NCBI GenBank assembly: GCA_963789955.1
Contig: CAWBMV010000001.1
Span: 1 to 64,000, forward strand
From: an uncultured Candidatus Rokubacteria bacterium
GTDB taxonomy: Bacteria > Methylomirabilota > Methylomirabilia > Rokubacteriales > CSP1-6
DNA length: 64,000 nucleotides
Direction of reading: 5' to 3'
The translations under genes and the position numbers were made by a program. The notes beneath the pieces are model-generated. The model was not told the origin of the DNA. It made no database searches and was given only the letters and a program-made list of their open reading frames with translations. Positions 30,456 through 41,551 of the stretch are shown piece by piece; positions within the stretch are counted from its first letter, which is position 1; every line of letters starts with the position of its first letter.

Positions 30456-31283
30456 ATGAAGCTCAAGGACCGGATCGCGCTGGTGACGGGTGGAGGCTCG
30501 GGGCTCGGCCGGGCGATCTCGCTCCTGTTCGCCGAGGAGGGCGCGCACGTCATCGTCAACGAGCTGCGGCTGGAGACGGCCGAGCAGACGGTGGCGTCGA
30601 TGAAGGGTCCGGCCGGCGGCCGGGCGATCCAGGCGGACGTGTCGGACAGCGCCCAGGTGAAGGCGATGTTCGCGACGATCGAGCGCGAGGTCGGCGGCCT
30701 CGACATCCTCGTCAACAACGCGGGGATCGCCTTCGGCCCGGGTGACGATCGTGCGGAGGTCAACCGGAAGTCCGAAGCGCTCATCATGGAGCTCCTGAGC
30801 GGCCAGGGCGGCCAGACCCACCTCGACGTCACCCAGAACCTGTCCGACGAGTCGTGGCGACGGATGCTCGCGGTGCACGTGGACGGCACGTTCTACTGCA
30901 CGCGCGAGGCGCTCAAGCTGATGAGCCGGAAGAACCGCGGCGCGATCGTCAACCTCTCGAGCGTCGCGGCGCTCACCGGACTCGAGGTCGTGCCGCACTA
31001 CAGCGCGGCGAAGGGCGCCATCCTCGCGTTCACGCGAGCGGTGGCGCGCGACGTCGCCTCGCGCGGGATCCGCGTGAACGCGATCTGCCCGGGCTACATC
31101 GACACGCCGATGACCGAGCGGATGTCGCCGCTGATCCGCACGGCGGTGATCGCCCGCACGCCGCTCCGGCGCACGGGTGAGCCGCACGAGGTGGCGGCCA
31201 CGGCGCTCTTCCTCGTATCCGACGACAGCTCGTTCTTCACCGGGCAGTGGCTCTCGCCGAACGGCGGTCTCTTCATCGGCTGA
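30456..31283 (+). CDS. SDR family oxidoreductase (FabG-like)
   Basis: TGGGSGLG, NNAG, YSAAK and PG.IDTPM motifs. Confidence 0.92.
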   Translation: MKLKDRIALVTGGGSGLGRAISLLFAEEGAHVIVNELRLETAEQTVASMKGPAGGRAIQADVSDSAQVKAMFATIEREVGGLDILVNNAGIAFGPGDDRAEVNRKSEALIMELLSGQGGQTHLDVTQNLSDESWRRMLAVHVDGTFYCTREALKLMSRKNRGAIVNLSSVAALTGLEVVPHYSAAKGAILAFTRAVARDVASRGIRVNAICPGYIDTPMTERMSPLIRTAVIARTPLRRTGEPHEVAATALFLVSDDSSFFTGQWLSPNGGLFIG

Positions 31284-31284
31284 G

Positions 31285-32074
31285 ATGCCGACGGCGACCG
31301 AGCTCTCCATCCGCGGGACCCCGGTCCAGATGCTCCAGGACGGCTCGGGGCCGCCGCTCATGTTCCTGCACGGCGCCGGCGGCGCCGGCCGCTGGCTCGC
31401 GTTCCAGGAGCGCCTCGCCGAAAGACTTCAGCGTGTACTTCCCGAGCCATCCGGGCCACGGCGGCTCGCCGGCCGCGGAATGGATCGAGCACATCTCCGA
31501 TCTCGCCTTCCACTATCTCGACCTGCTCGACCGGCTCGGGCTCGAGCGCGCGCACCTGGTGGGCGCCTCGTTCGGCGGCTGGATCGCCGCGGAGATCGCG
31601 ACGATGGCGTCGCACCGGCTGGCGTCGCTCGTGCTGATCGATCCCGTCGGCATCCGCGTCGACGGCTGGATCTATCCGTTTCTGTTCGGCATGGACATTC
31701 CCGAGATCGTGACGACGATCTTCCAGAATCCGATGGCGGCGCTCGCGCTGGCGCCGCCCGATCAGTCGGCCGAGACCCTGGCGCTCCAGTATCGCCAGGG
31801 GACCGCGCTCGCGCGCGTGAGCTGGAATCCGTATCTCTACAATCCGCTCCTGCGCCGCCGGCTCGGTCGTATCACCGCGCCGACCCTCCTGTGCTGGGGC
31901 GCTCACGACCGGCTGGCGCCGCTCGACCCGTGCGGCGAGACGTGGGCCCGGGAGATTCTCGGCGCGCGCCTGCGCGTGTTCGCCGATTCCGGGCACGTGC
32001 CGCATCTGGAGGAGCCCGACGCGGTGGCGGAGGCGGTCGGCGAGTTCTGCCGGCTCCGTGAGGCGGCGTCGTGA
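31285..32074 (+). CDS. alpha/beta hydrolase (frameshift near 31422)
   Basis: FLHGAGG, GASFGG and SGHVPHLE motifs. Confidence 0.85.
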
Positions 32075-33217
32075 AGTTCTACTACTTCCATCTGATGCCG
32101 TACTACATGGAGCACGATGCGCCGTCGTCGTGGGTGACGCTCTCGAATCGCCACTACGACCCGGCGCTGGGCCACACGCTCTACAACCAGTATCTCGACC
32201 AGCTCGAGCAGGCGGAGCGCCTCGGCTGGGACGGCCTCTGCGTCAACGAGCACCACCAGAACTGCTACGGCACGATGCCGAGCCCCAACGTGATGGCGGC
32301 GATGCTGGTGCGCCGGACGACGAAAGCGAAGATCGCGATCCTCGGCAACGGGCTGCCGCTGCGCGAGAACCCGCTGCGCATCGCCGAGGAGATCGCGATG
32401 CTCGACGTCGTCTCGGGCGGTCGCGTCATCTCGGGATTCGTCCGCGGGATCAGCGCCGAGTACTTCTCGACCGGCGTCAACCCGACGCACTCGCGCGACC
32501 GCTTCTACGAGGCCGCGGAGCTCATCTTGAGAGCGTGGACCGAAGAGGGGCCGTTTCCGTACGACGGGCGCTTCTATCGCTATCACTACGTGAACCCGTG
32601 GCCGCGGCCGATCCAGAAGCCGCACCCGCCGGTGTGGTGCCCGTCGCAGGGCTCGAGCGAGACGGTCGAGTGGGCGGCCAAGCGCCGCTTCCCGTACCTG
32701 ATGGTCTTCACGCCGATCAAGCGGATCGCCCAGATCTACGGCGAATACCGCGAGGCGTGCGAGCGCAACGGCTACAAGGCGAGCCCCTATCAGCTCACGG
32801 TGAACGTGCCGATCGTCGTCGCCGAGAACGACGCGAAGGCGCGCGAGATCGCCAGGAAGCACGTGATGTGGGTGTTCAACGTCGGGCTGCGGATGCATCC
32901 GCCGTTCTGGCGGCCGCCCGGCTACATGACCGAGGCGTCGCTGCGGCGGCTGCTCGCGAATCCACCCAAGCTGCCGAGCGAGCTCGAATTCGACGAGGCC
33001 GATCGCGGAGGGCTATCTCATCTACGGCAGCCCGGCGACCGTGCGCGACAAGCTCCGCGTGTTCTCCGACGAGCTCAAGGCCGGCATCCTCTGCTCGGGG
33101 ATGACCGGCCCCAGCCACGAGCAGACGCTCGAGATGATGCAGCTCTTCTCCGAAGAGGTGATGCCGCACTTTCGCGAGGACGCGAACGTCGACGAGACGG
33201 CCGGCGTCGGCCGCTGA
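32071..33217 (+). CDS. LLM-class flavin-dependent oxidoreductase (frameshift near 33008)
   Basis: NEHH, PLRIAEEIAMLD.SGGR, P.PIQKPHPPVW motifs. Confidence 0.9.
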
Positions 33218-33231
33218 ACCGTCCGATCTGA

Positions 33232-34251
33232 GTGGAGGAGCTCGAAGCGAGGCTTCGTGATCATCTGCGAACGGCGCTCGGCGCGCCGCGGCTGGAGTTC
33301 GCCGAACGGCCGACGCGCGTGACGGGCGGCTTCGACACGCAGATCTTCGCCTTTCGGCTGGCCGAGGCGCCGCCGGCGTACGCCGGGCCGCTGATTCTGC
33401 GCCTGCTCGACGTGCATCATGACCCCGCCCGCGCGCTGAGCGAGCAGGCGACCCAGAACGCGCTCGCCGATCTCGGCTATCCGGCGCCGCGCGTCCTGCT
33501 CGCGAGCGCCGACGCGACGCGCCTGGGCGGCGCCTTCCTGATCATGGACCGGGTCGCCGGCCGGCCGCTTCCTCGAAGGTCAACGTCCGCACGATGGCGC
33601 GGGTCGTCGCCGAGCTCCAGGCGAGGCTCCACGATCTCGATGCGGTGGCGTTCCTGCGGGCGGTGACGCGCAAGGGGCTGGAGCCCAGGCATCTGACGTT
33701 CGACGCTCACCTGGCGCAGCTGGACCGATCGCGCCACCGGCGCCCGACTCGGCGGCCTCGCGCCCGGGCTGGACTGGCTGGCCGGCCGCCGTCCGCCGCG
33801 GCCCGAGCCGCGCGCCGTCTGCCACGGGGATTTTCACCCCTACAACATCTTGATCGCGGACGATCGAGTCACGGGCGTGCTCGACTGGCCTCACGCGATC
33901 GTCGCCGACCCGGCCTTCGACGTCGCCACGACCCTGGTGATCCTCAAGCTGGTGCCGATGGGGGTGTCGGGCCTGGCGGCACCGCTGCGATGGCTGGCGA
34001 GCGCCGCGCGTCCGCTGCTGGTCGGCAGCTATCTGCGTCACTACCGCCGGCGCCGCCCGCTCGACGAGAAGAAGCTCGCGTACTACGAGGCGGCGGCGTG
34101 CATGAAGGTTCTGGTCCGCGCCGGTCAGCTCCGCGGCGCTTCCGCCGGCACGACCGCGGCGAACGTCCTGTTCGACTCGGCCTACACGGAGCGCGTGCGG
34201 CGACACTTCCGCGCGCTCACCGGGATCACGCCGGCGCTGCCGGCGATCTAG
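33232..34251 (+). CDS. aminoglycoside phosphotransferase (APH)-family kinase (frameshifts around 33580-33740)
   Basis: CHGDFHP.NI and GVLDW motifs; N-terminal lobe in another frame. Confidence 0.75.
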
Positions 34252-35157
34252 TCGGCGACCTGCGGCCGAATCTGTTTCGGCGACGAGATCGATCGTCTCG
34301 GCGATCGCCGGGTAGGTCGAGTACGACACCTCGAGCGCGACGTGACCGCAGCCGAGCGCCTTGAAGCCGCGCAGCTCGTCGGCGATCTGCTTCGGCGTGC
34401 CGGTGAGGGTGTGACGGCCGCGGAGGAGGCTCATGTCGACGGCCGGGCGGTGCACGCCGTCGATCAGGATCGGAATGCGGAGCGACAAGAACGGCGCGCC
34501 CTCGCGCCCGGCTTCTTTCCAGAGGCGCCGAACCGCGTCGGCGCCCTGGCGAAACGCGTCGTGGTTCATCGAGCTCGCGTGCCAGCCGTCGCCGAGCCGC
34601 GCGACCCGGCGGTAGGCGCCTTCGCTGGCGCCGCCGATGTAGAGCGGCGGGCGCGGCTTCTGGAGCGGCATCGGCGAGGCCACGACGTCCTGCACGCGGT
34701 GGCGCTTCGTCTGGATCTTCGGATGCTCCTGCGTCCAGAGCGTGCGCATCAGCTCGAGCGCCTCGTCGCTCCGGCTCGCGCGCTCCTTGAAGGGCACGCC
34801 GAGCGTCTCGAACTCGCCCTCGAGCCAGCCGATCGCGGCGCCGACGATCAGGCGGCCGCCGGACAGGACGTCGACGCTCGCCAGGAGCTTCGCCACCGGA
34901 ATCGGCGAGCGATAGGGCAGGATCACCACGCTCGTGCCGAGCGCGACCCGGCTCGTGACGCCGGCCAGCCACGGCAGGACGGCCAGGGGATCGAGCATGT
35001 CCTCCCGATAGATGACGTTCGACTGCTCCGGCACGATGACGTGATCGGTGACCCACACCGAGTCGAGCCCGCGCTCCTCGGCGCGGCGCGCGACCTCGAG
35101 CATGCGTCCCACCTCGATCGGACGACCGTAGTGCGGCAGGCAGATCCCGAGCTTCAT
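34248..35157 (-). CDS. LLM-class (putatively F420-dependent) oxidoreductase (frameshift near 34272)
   Basis: DSVWVTDH, LGTSV..LPYR, D.LSGGRL, P.PLQKPRPP motifs. Confidence 0.88.
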
Positions 35158-35218
35158 GGCCGGCAGGTTATACTCGTTCGCGCCTCACGGCAACTCTCGA
35201 CCCTCGGAGGAAACGCGA

Positions 35219-36763
35219 ATGACCACGCGGCGTGATTTTCTCTTGATGTGCGCGATCGCCTCGGGCGCACCGCTGACGTCTCTCGATCCGAGGTCGGCGT
35301 TCGCCGCCGACACTCCGAAGAAGGGCGGCACCCTGAGGGTCGGCTTCTACATCGAGGCCGCCACGATGGATCCGCACTTCTCGGGCAGCAAGATCGACCG
35401 GCAGGTCTACCACAATATCTACGAGCCGCTGGTCACGCTCGACGTCAAGCTCGGGATCAAGCCGGGCCTGGCCGAGTCCTGGCAGCAGCCCGATTCCAAG
35501 ACCGTCGTCTTCAAGCTCCGCCGTGGCGTCAAGTTCCACGACGGCACCGACTTCAACGCCGAAGCGGCGCGCTTCAACTTCAATCGCATGAAGACGGAGC
35601 CGAAGTCGGTCCGCAAGGGCGAGGTCGCCAGCATCGACTCGGTCGACGTCGTCGATGCCTACACGATCAAGATCAACTTGAAGCGGCCGGACGCGGCCCT
35701 GCTGGCCACCTTGACGGATCGAGCGGGCATGATGGTCTCGCCCAAGACCGCTCAGGAGCGCGGCCCGGAGCTCGAGCGCAACGCGAAGGGCGCCGGCACC
35801 GGTCCGTTCGAGTTCGTCGAGTGGGTGAAGGACGACCATCTCCTGATCAAGCGAAACGACAGCTACTGGAACAAGCAGGGCGGACCCTATCTCGACCGCG
35901 TCCGCTACCGGCCGATCCCCGACGACACCGTGAAGCTGCAAAGCCTCCAGACCGGCGAGATCGACGTGATCGACTACGTCCAGCCGCGCGACGTCGCGGC
36001 CGTCAAGGCCGACCGGAACGTCGTCGTCGTGGACGTGCCGTCGCTGGCCGACTTCGCGTATCAGCTGAATCTGACCCGCCCGCCCTTCGCGACCAAGGCG
36101 CTGCGGCAGGCGGTGGCGTATTCGGTCGACCTGGAGCAGATCGTCAAGGGGGTGTGGCTCAACGTGGGCGTGCCGGCCAACGGCCCGATCCCGCCGACGA
36201 GCTGGGCGTACGACCGCTCCATCGCGCCGATCAAGCGCGATCTGGCGCGGGCGAAGGCGAAGCTGGCCGAGGGCGGCCAGCCGAACGGCTTCACGTTCAC
36301 GATGACGACCAACAACATCCCGATCAACGTGCAGGAGGCCGAGGTCATCCAGGCCCAGCTGCGCGAGGCCGGCATCACGATGAAGATCAAGCTGGTCGAC
36401 TCGGCGACGTTGATCGCGGACGGCAACAACAAGAACTTCGAGATGATCAGCTTCCAGTGGAGCGGGCGCCCGGACCCGGACGGCAACACGTACCAGTTCT
36501 ACAAGACCACGCCGGGCACGTCGTTCAACTGGTCGGGCATCTCGAATCCGCAGATCGACGCCCTGCTCGACCGGAGCCGCGAGGTGTCGAGCCAGGCCGA
36601 GCGCAAGAAGCTCTTCAGCGATCTGACCAGGATCCTGCAGGACGAGCTGCCGAATCTGTTCATCGTGCATCCGATCGAGCCCAAGGCTTTCAGCCCGAAG
36701 GTCCAGGGCTACGAGCCGATCCCCGACGGGATGATGCGGTTCAAGGACGTGTGGCTGGCCTAG
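35219..36763 (+). CDS. peptide/nickel ABC transporter substrate-binding protein (family 5), Tat-like signal
   Basis: TRRDFL; PGLAESW, LRRGVKFHDG and GTGPF motifs. Confidence 0.92.
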   Translation: MTTRRDFLLMCAIASGAPLTSLDPRSAFAADTPKKGGTLRVGFYIEAATMDPHFSGSKIDRQVYHNIYEPLVTLDVKLGIKPGLAESWQQPDSKTVVFKLRRGVKFHDGTDFNAEAARFNFNRMKTEPKSVRKGEVASIDSVDVVDAYTIKINLKRPDAALLATLTDRAGMMVSPKTAQERGPELERNAKGAGTGPFEFVEWVKDDHLLIKRNDSYWNKQGGPYLDRVRYRPIPDDTVKLQSLQTGEIDVIDYVQPRDVAAVKADRNVVVVDVPSLADFAYQLNLTRPPFATKALRQAVAYSVDLEQIVKGVWLNVGVPANGPIPPTSWAYDRSIAPIKRDLARAKAKLAEGGQPNGFTFTMTTNNIPINVQEAEVIQAQLREAGITMKIKLVDSATLIADGNNKNFEMISFQWSGRPDPDGNTYQFYKTTPGTSFNWSGISNPQIDALLDRSREVSSQAERKKLFSDLTRILQDELPNLFIVHPIEPKAFSPKVQGYEPIPDGMMRFKDVWLA

Positions 36764-37701
36764 CGTTCGTCCTGCGCCGGCTGGGCGCGACCGTTCCGGT
36801 CCTCCTCCTCGTCACCGCCGGGGTGTTCTTGCTTCTGCATCTCACGCCGGGCGACCCCATCGACGTCATGATGGCGGAGTCGATCGACGCGACCGTGAAG
36901 GAGAATCTTCGGCGCGAGCTCGGGCTCGACCGGCCGCTTCACGTGCAGTACGCCGCGTGGATGGGCCGTCTGCTGCGCGGCGATCTCGGGCGCTCGATCC
37001 GCAACGGCGAGCCCGTCATCGAGAACGTCGGCCGCCGGCTGCGTCCGAGCCTCGAGCTGACGTTCTTCGCGATGACGATCTCGCTGGTCGTCGCCTTCCC
37101 GGTCGGCATCGTGTCCGCCATCCGCCGCAACACCGCGATCGACCGCGCCGGCGCGACGTTCGCGCTGTTCGGGATCTGCATGCCGAACTTCCTGCTGGCC
37201 CTGCTGCTGATCTTCTTGTTCGGCGTCACCCTGCGCTGGCTGCCGATCTCCGGCTACACGGATCCGCTCGAGGAGCCCTGGAACGGGTTCAGATCGCTGG
37301 CGCTGCCGGCGATCACGCTCGGGCTCGCGCTCGCGGCGGTGGTCACGCGCACCTTGCGCTCGAGCCTGCTCGAGGCGCTCGCCGAGGACTACGTGCGCAC
37401 CGCGCGCGCCAAGGGCCTCTCGGAGTGGCGGATCATCTGGAGCCACGTGCTGAAGAACGCGCTGATCCCCGTGGTCACGGTGCTCGGGCTGCAGCTCGGC
37501 ACCTTGATCGGCGGCGCCGTCATCACCGAGTACGTCTTCGCCCTGCCCGGCGTCGGGCGCCTCGTGGTCGATGCGGTGTTCGCGCGCGACTATCCACTCG
37601 TCCAGGGAGTCGTGCTGCTGATCGCCATCGGCTTCATCCTGAGCAACCTGATCGTCGACGTCCTGTATGGCTGGATCGATCCGCGCATCCGATCGCGCTG
37701 A
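36751..37701 (+). CDS. peptide ABC permease (DppB/OppB-like)
   Basis: PGDP, GDLGRS and EDYVRTARAKGL (EAA) motifs; GTG start overlapping the SBP end. Confidence 0.92.
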   Translation: MAGLAFVLRRLGATVPVLLLVTAGVFLLLHLTPGDPIDVMMAESIDATVKENLRRELGLDRPLHVQYAAWMGRLLRGDLGRSIRNGEPVIENVGRRLRPSLELTFFAMTISLVVAFPVGIVSAIRRNTAIDRAGATFALFGICMPNFLLALLLIFLFGVTLRWLPISGYTDPLEEPWNGFRSLALPAITLGLALAAVVTRTLRSSLLEALAEDYVRTARAKGLSEWRIIWSHVLKNALIPVVTVLGLQLGTLIGGAVITEYVFALPGVGRLVVDAVFARDYPLVQGVVLLIAIGFILSNLIVDVLYGWIDPRIRSR

Positions 37702-38542
37702 GCGGGCGCCGCGCTGGAAGGTGCTGCGTCGCGCGGCGCGCGCGCGGCTGGCGCCGTTCGGCGCGGCCGTCATGACCCTGGCGGTGTTGATCGCGCTGGC
37801 GGCGCCGCTGGTGGCGCCCTACGATCCGCTCGCCCAGAACCTCGGCAACACACTGGCGGCGCCGGGGCGCGCCCATCTACTCGGCACGGACAACGTGGGA
37901 CGCGACGTGCTCTCACGGGTGATCTGGGGCACCCGCGTCTCACTGGTGGCCGGTCTCGTCTCGGTCGTGCTCGCGGTCAGCGCGGGCAGCCTGCTCGGTG
38001 TCGTGGCCGGCTACTGCGGCGGGCGCGTGGATGGCCTCGTGATGCGCGTGATGGATGCGGTGCTCTCGTTTCCGCCGCTGGTGCTGGCGCTGGCGCTCGG
38101 CGCGGTGCTGGGCGCCGGGCTCACCGGGGTGCTGCTGGCGCTCGGGGTCGTCTACACGCCCACGTTCGCCCGGCTCATGCGCGGTCAGGTGCTCACGATC
38201 ACGGCGCGCGATTACGTCGACGCGGCGCGGGCGCTGGGCGCATCCGGCTGGCGGATCGCGGCTCGACACGTGGTGCCGAACGCGATCAATCCCATCATCG
38301 TGCAGGCGTCGCTGAGCGTGGCCTTCGCGATCCTCGCCGAAGCGTCGCTCTCGTTCCTCGGGCTCGGCATCCAGCCCCCGCAGGCCTCGTGGGGCAGCAT
38401 GATCAACGCCGGCCGCGGCTATCTCCAGCAGGCGCCCTGGATCGTCTTCGGGCCGGGCGCGGCGCTCTTCGTGACCGTGGTGGGATTGAGCTTCGTGGGC
38501 GATGCGGTGCGCGACGCGCTCGATCCCCGGACGCGCGAGTAG
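37667..38542 (+). CDS. peptide ABC permease (DppC/OppC-like)
   Basis: LGTD.VGRD.LSR, YVDAARALGA and EASLSFLGLG motifs. Confidence 0.92.
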   Translation: MAGSIRASDRAERAPRWKVLRRAARARLAPFGAAVMTLAVLIALAAPLVAPYDPLAQNLGNTLAAPGRAHLLGTDNVGRDVLSRVIWGTRVSLVAGLVSVVLAVSAGSLLGVVAGYCGGRVDGLVMRVMDAVLSFPPLVLALALGAVLGAGLTGVLLALGVVYTPTFARLMRGQVLTITARDYVDAARALGASGWRIAARHVVPNAINPIIVQASLSVAFAILAEASLSFLGLGIQPPQASWGSMINAGRGYLQQAPWIVFGPGAALFVTVVGLSFVGDAVRDALDPRTRE

Positions 38543-38549
38543 GCGAGCG

Positions 38550-39080
38550 CTAGCGGACGTCGTGGCAGCGCCAGGCGAGCCGCTCCTTCGCGTAGCCCAC
38601 GCGCGGGAGCACCTCCTGCGCCGTGAGCGCGAGCCCCCAGATGATCGTGGCCACCGCGATCACGTGGGCGAACCCGAGCCGGCTCCTCCACGAGACGTGC
38701 GCGCCCCAGAGTCCCGCCACCACGACGATCCCGACCGCGGCCATGTAGAGCCCCAGCCACCAGCCGCAGGCCTTCGCGTACGGCCACTGGGGCAGCGCGG
38801 CGCCCAGCAAGACGCCGAGGCCGACGCACGACCAGACGGCCGCCGTCGACATCGGTGATTTGATCGGACGCATGCGTGCAAGGGGTCGTGTGGTGCTCGT
38901 CGATGCGGCCGAACCGTAGGAGTGGTCGTGCGGCCGCAGCTTCCTGATGAGCGAATCGACGACTGCGGCTTCCTGGTGGGCGGGTGGTGGTTGCTTGGGG
39001 AATCGGGTGGCCAACGCTGCACCTCCTCCGGCTCGTCTGCTGGACGCTCTTCCGCCGTTGTGGCGCTGAGAGTCCTCCAC
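38550..39080 (-). CDS. hypothetical membrane protein (3 TM); start uncertain
   Basis: Hydrophobic C-terminal half with WPY..ACG.WL and VLPRVGYA..WRC motifs. Confidence 0.6.
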   Translation of the reverse strand: MEDSQRHNGGRASSRRAGGGAALATRFPKQPPPAHQEAAVVDSLIRKLRPHDHSYGSAASTSTTRPLARMRPIKSPMSTAAVWSCVGLGVLLGAALPQWPYAKACGWWLGLYMAAVGIVVVAGLWGAHVSWRSRLGFAHVIAVATIIWGLALTAQEVLPRVGYAKERLAWRCHDVR

Positions 39081-39201
39081 GCAAGGCGGTTGCCAACCCA
39101 GATGTTCGAAATCTCGCGGCTTTCACCGCGTCGGGGAGCTGTCAGTGCCTGCCACTGTGACACGCGGCGTCTCGAGGCGTGACGCCGAGCCCGCGCGCGG
39201 G

Positions 39202-41496
39202 CTAGCGAGCGAGCGCGGCGAACAGACGAGCGGGGGTGACGGGCACTTCGAGGATGCTCGCGCCGAGATCCGCGACCGCATCCTCTATAGCGTTCGCGAT
39301 GGCCGCGGCCCCGGGAATCGCGCCGCTCTCGCCGACTCCCTTGATGCCGAGCGCGTTGATGGTCGACGGGTGCTCGTCGAGCACGACCGCGAGCGGAGGA
39401 AGCTGGTCGGCCTTCGGGATCGCGTAGTCCATCAGGCTGCCGGTGAGGAGCTGACCGCTTTCGTCGTACACGACTTCTTCCATGAGCCCGGCGCCGATGC
39501 CCTGCGCGGCGCCGCCCTGGAGCTGGCCTTCGACGATCGTGGGATTGATGGCGCGCCCCGGATCGTGCACGATCGCGTACGCGAGCAGGCGGATCTCGCA
39601 CGTCTCCACGTCGACCTCGACCGCCGCGGCCTGGGTGCCGAAGGCCCACGTGACGGTGTCGGGATAGAAATAGGTGCACGCGTGAAGCCCAGGCTCGCCG
39701 GTCGCCTTGAGCGCCTTCGACTTCACCGCGGCGTGCGCGACCTTGCCCAGGCTCACGGCTCGATGCGGCATGCCGACCACGTGCACCCGGCTCTGCTCGA
39801 TGCGTACGTCCTCGGGCGCGCACTCGAGCATCTCGGCGGCGACCCGTGTGGCTCGCTCGCGGACCTCGCGCGCGGTCTGCGCGACAGCGGGTCCGGAGTT
39901 GGCGGCCACGCGACTTCCACCGGTGCCCATGCCGAACGGGAAGAGCGCGGTGTCGCCGGCGTTGACCTGCACGTCCTCCCAGGCGGCACCCAGCTCGGCG
40001 GCGGCGATCTGCGCCAACGTGGTCGCGTGACCCTGGCCCTGCGCCGTCACGCCGATATACACGTAGACCTTGCCGCTCGGATCTACCCGGACCGTCGCGC
40101 CCTCGTACGGGCCGAGCCCGGTGCCCTGCGCGTAGCAGGCCAGGCCGACGCCGATGCGGCGCGTGCCGCCGGCGCGCGCCGTCTGGCGGCGCCGCCACTC
40201 GCCGTAGTTCAGGAGGGTCAGCGCGCGCTCGAAGGCCGCGGGGAAATCGCCGGGATCGTAGGTGACCGCGACGCCGTCCTTGTAGGTCAGTCCGGGGCGG
40301 TACGGCATGTCCGCCGGGCGCACGAAGTTGCGGCGGCGGATGTCGGCCGGGTCGAGCCCGAGCCGCCGCGCGCCGATGTCCATCAGGCGCTCCATCACGA
40401 ACACCGCCTCGGGCCGCCCGGCCGCGCGATACGCCGCGTTGAAGGTCTTGGTGGTGACCACGCTCGTGCCGGTGTTGCGATAGTGCGGGACGCGGTACGG
40501 ACCGGGCAGGTGGTTGACCGTGTTCGCGGTGAGCCCGTCGCCCTGAAGCGGATAGGCGCCGACGTCGGCGACGAACGTCGCGTCGACCGCGACGATCGTG
40601 CCGTCGCGCGCGAAGCCGATGCGCGCGTCGTGATTCTGCTCGCGGTCGTGGCCCATGCACGCGAGGCTTTCGCGGCGGCTCTCGACCCACTTCACCGGCC
40701 GCCCGAGCCGATGCGCCGCGGCCGCGACCAGGATCTCCTCGGGATAGATCGGCCCCTTCGGCCCGAAGCCGCCGCCGACGTCGGGGACGATGACGCGGAC
40801 TTCTTCGACCGGCAGACCGAGCGCCGCGGCGACGACGTCCCGGAGCGTGTACGGGCTCTGGGTCGACGACGACACGACGAGCGCGCCGGCGGCCCGGTCG
40901 CGATACGCGAAGACGCCGCGGGTCTCGATCGGGACGGCGCTGAGGCGGGGATGGCGCAGACGCTCCCGCACGACCAGGTGCGCGCCGGCCATCGCGCGCT
41001 CGGGGTCGCCCACGGCGCCGCGCGCCACCACCGCCGTGTTGTCGGGCCAGCCCTCGTGCAGGCGCGCGCCCGAGGCCAGCGCGGATTCGGCGGTCGGCAG
41101 AGCCGGCAGCGGCTCGTACGCGACCGTCACCGCGTCGAGGGCGTCGGCGAGCTGGTAGAGACTCTCGGCCACGACCACGGCGACGGGCTCGCCGACGTGG
41201 CGGACGACGTCCCGCGCGAGCACCGGCTGGGCCCAGGCGCGTCCCTTCTGCGTACCGCCGTAGGCGGTCGGCATGTTCGGCGCGATCCCGCCGAGATCCG
41301 CGGCGCTCCACGCGAGCGCCACACCGGGCATGGCGCGCGCGGCCGCGGTGGCGACCTTCGTGAGGCGCGCGTGGGCTTCGGTGCTCCGGACGACGCCGAG
41401 GTGCAGGGTGCCCTCGCGCGTGAGATCGTCGACGTAACGCCCGTGGCCCGTCAGGAGACGCTGATCTTCTTTCCGGCGCGGCGAGCTACCGATCAT
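39202..41496 (-). CDS. xanthine dehydrogenase/CoxL-like molybdopterin-binding large subunit
   Basis: KEDQRLLTG.GRYVDD, VGGGFG.K, AYRAAGRPE, GQGH.T and KGVGESG motifs. Confidence 0.92.
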   Translation of the reverse strand: MIGSSPRRKEDQRLLTGHGRYVDDLTREGTLHLGVVRSTEAHARLTKVATAAARAMPGVALAWSAADLGGIAPNMPTAYGGTQKGRAWAQPVLARDVVRHVGEPVAVVVAESLYQLADALDAVTVAYEPLPALPTAESALASGARLHEGWPDNTAVVARGAVGDPERAMAGAHLVVRERLRHPRLSAVPIETRGVFAYRDRAAGALVVSSSTQSPYTLRDVVAAALGLPVEEVRVIVPDVGGGFGPKGPIYPEEILVAAAAHRLGRPVKWVESRRESLACMGHDREQNHDARIGFARDGTIVAVDATFVADVGAYPLQGDGLTANTVNHLPGPYRVPHYRNTGTSVVTTKTFNAAYRAAGRPEAVFVMERLMDIGARRLGLDPADIRRRNFVRPADMPYRPGLTYKDGVAVTYDPGDFPAAFERALTLLNYGEWRRRQTARAGGTRRIGVGLACYAQGTGLGPYEGATVRVDPSGKVYVYIGVTAQGQGHATTLAQIAAAELGAAWEDVQVNAGDTALFPFGMGTGGSRVAANSGPAVAQTAREVRERATRVAAEMLECAPEDVRIEQSRVHVVGMPHRAVSLGKVAHAAVKSKALKATGEPGLHACTYFYPDTVTWAFGTQAAAVEVDVETCEIRLLAYAIVHDPGRAINPTIVEGQLQGGAAQGIGAGLMEEVVYDESGQLLTGSLMDYAIPKADQLPPLAVVLDEHPSTINALGIKGVGESGAIPGAAAIANAIEDAVADLGASILEVPVTPARLFAALAR

Positions 41497-41551
41497 GTCG
41501 AATCGCAATCTACCACGCGCGCCGAGTCGGGCTCGGCTAGACTTTCGGCGG

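Noticed and set aside
38995..39165. Cobalamin-riboswitch-like words (GGGAA..GGTG, GCCACTG)
   Set aside because: Spacing and remaining conserved elements do not fit, part lies in a minus-strand ORF, and no plus-strand gene follows.
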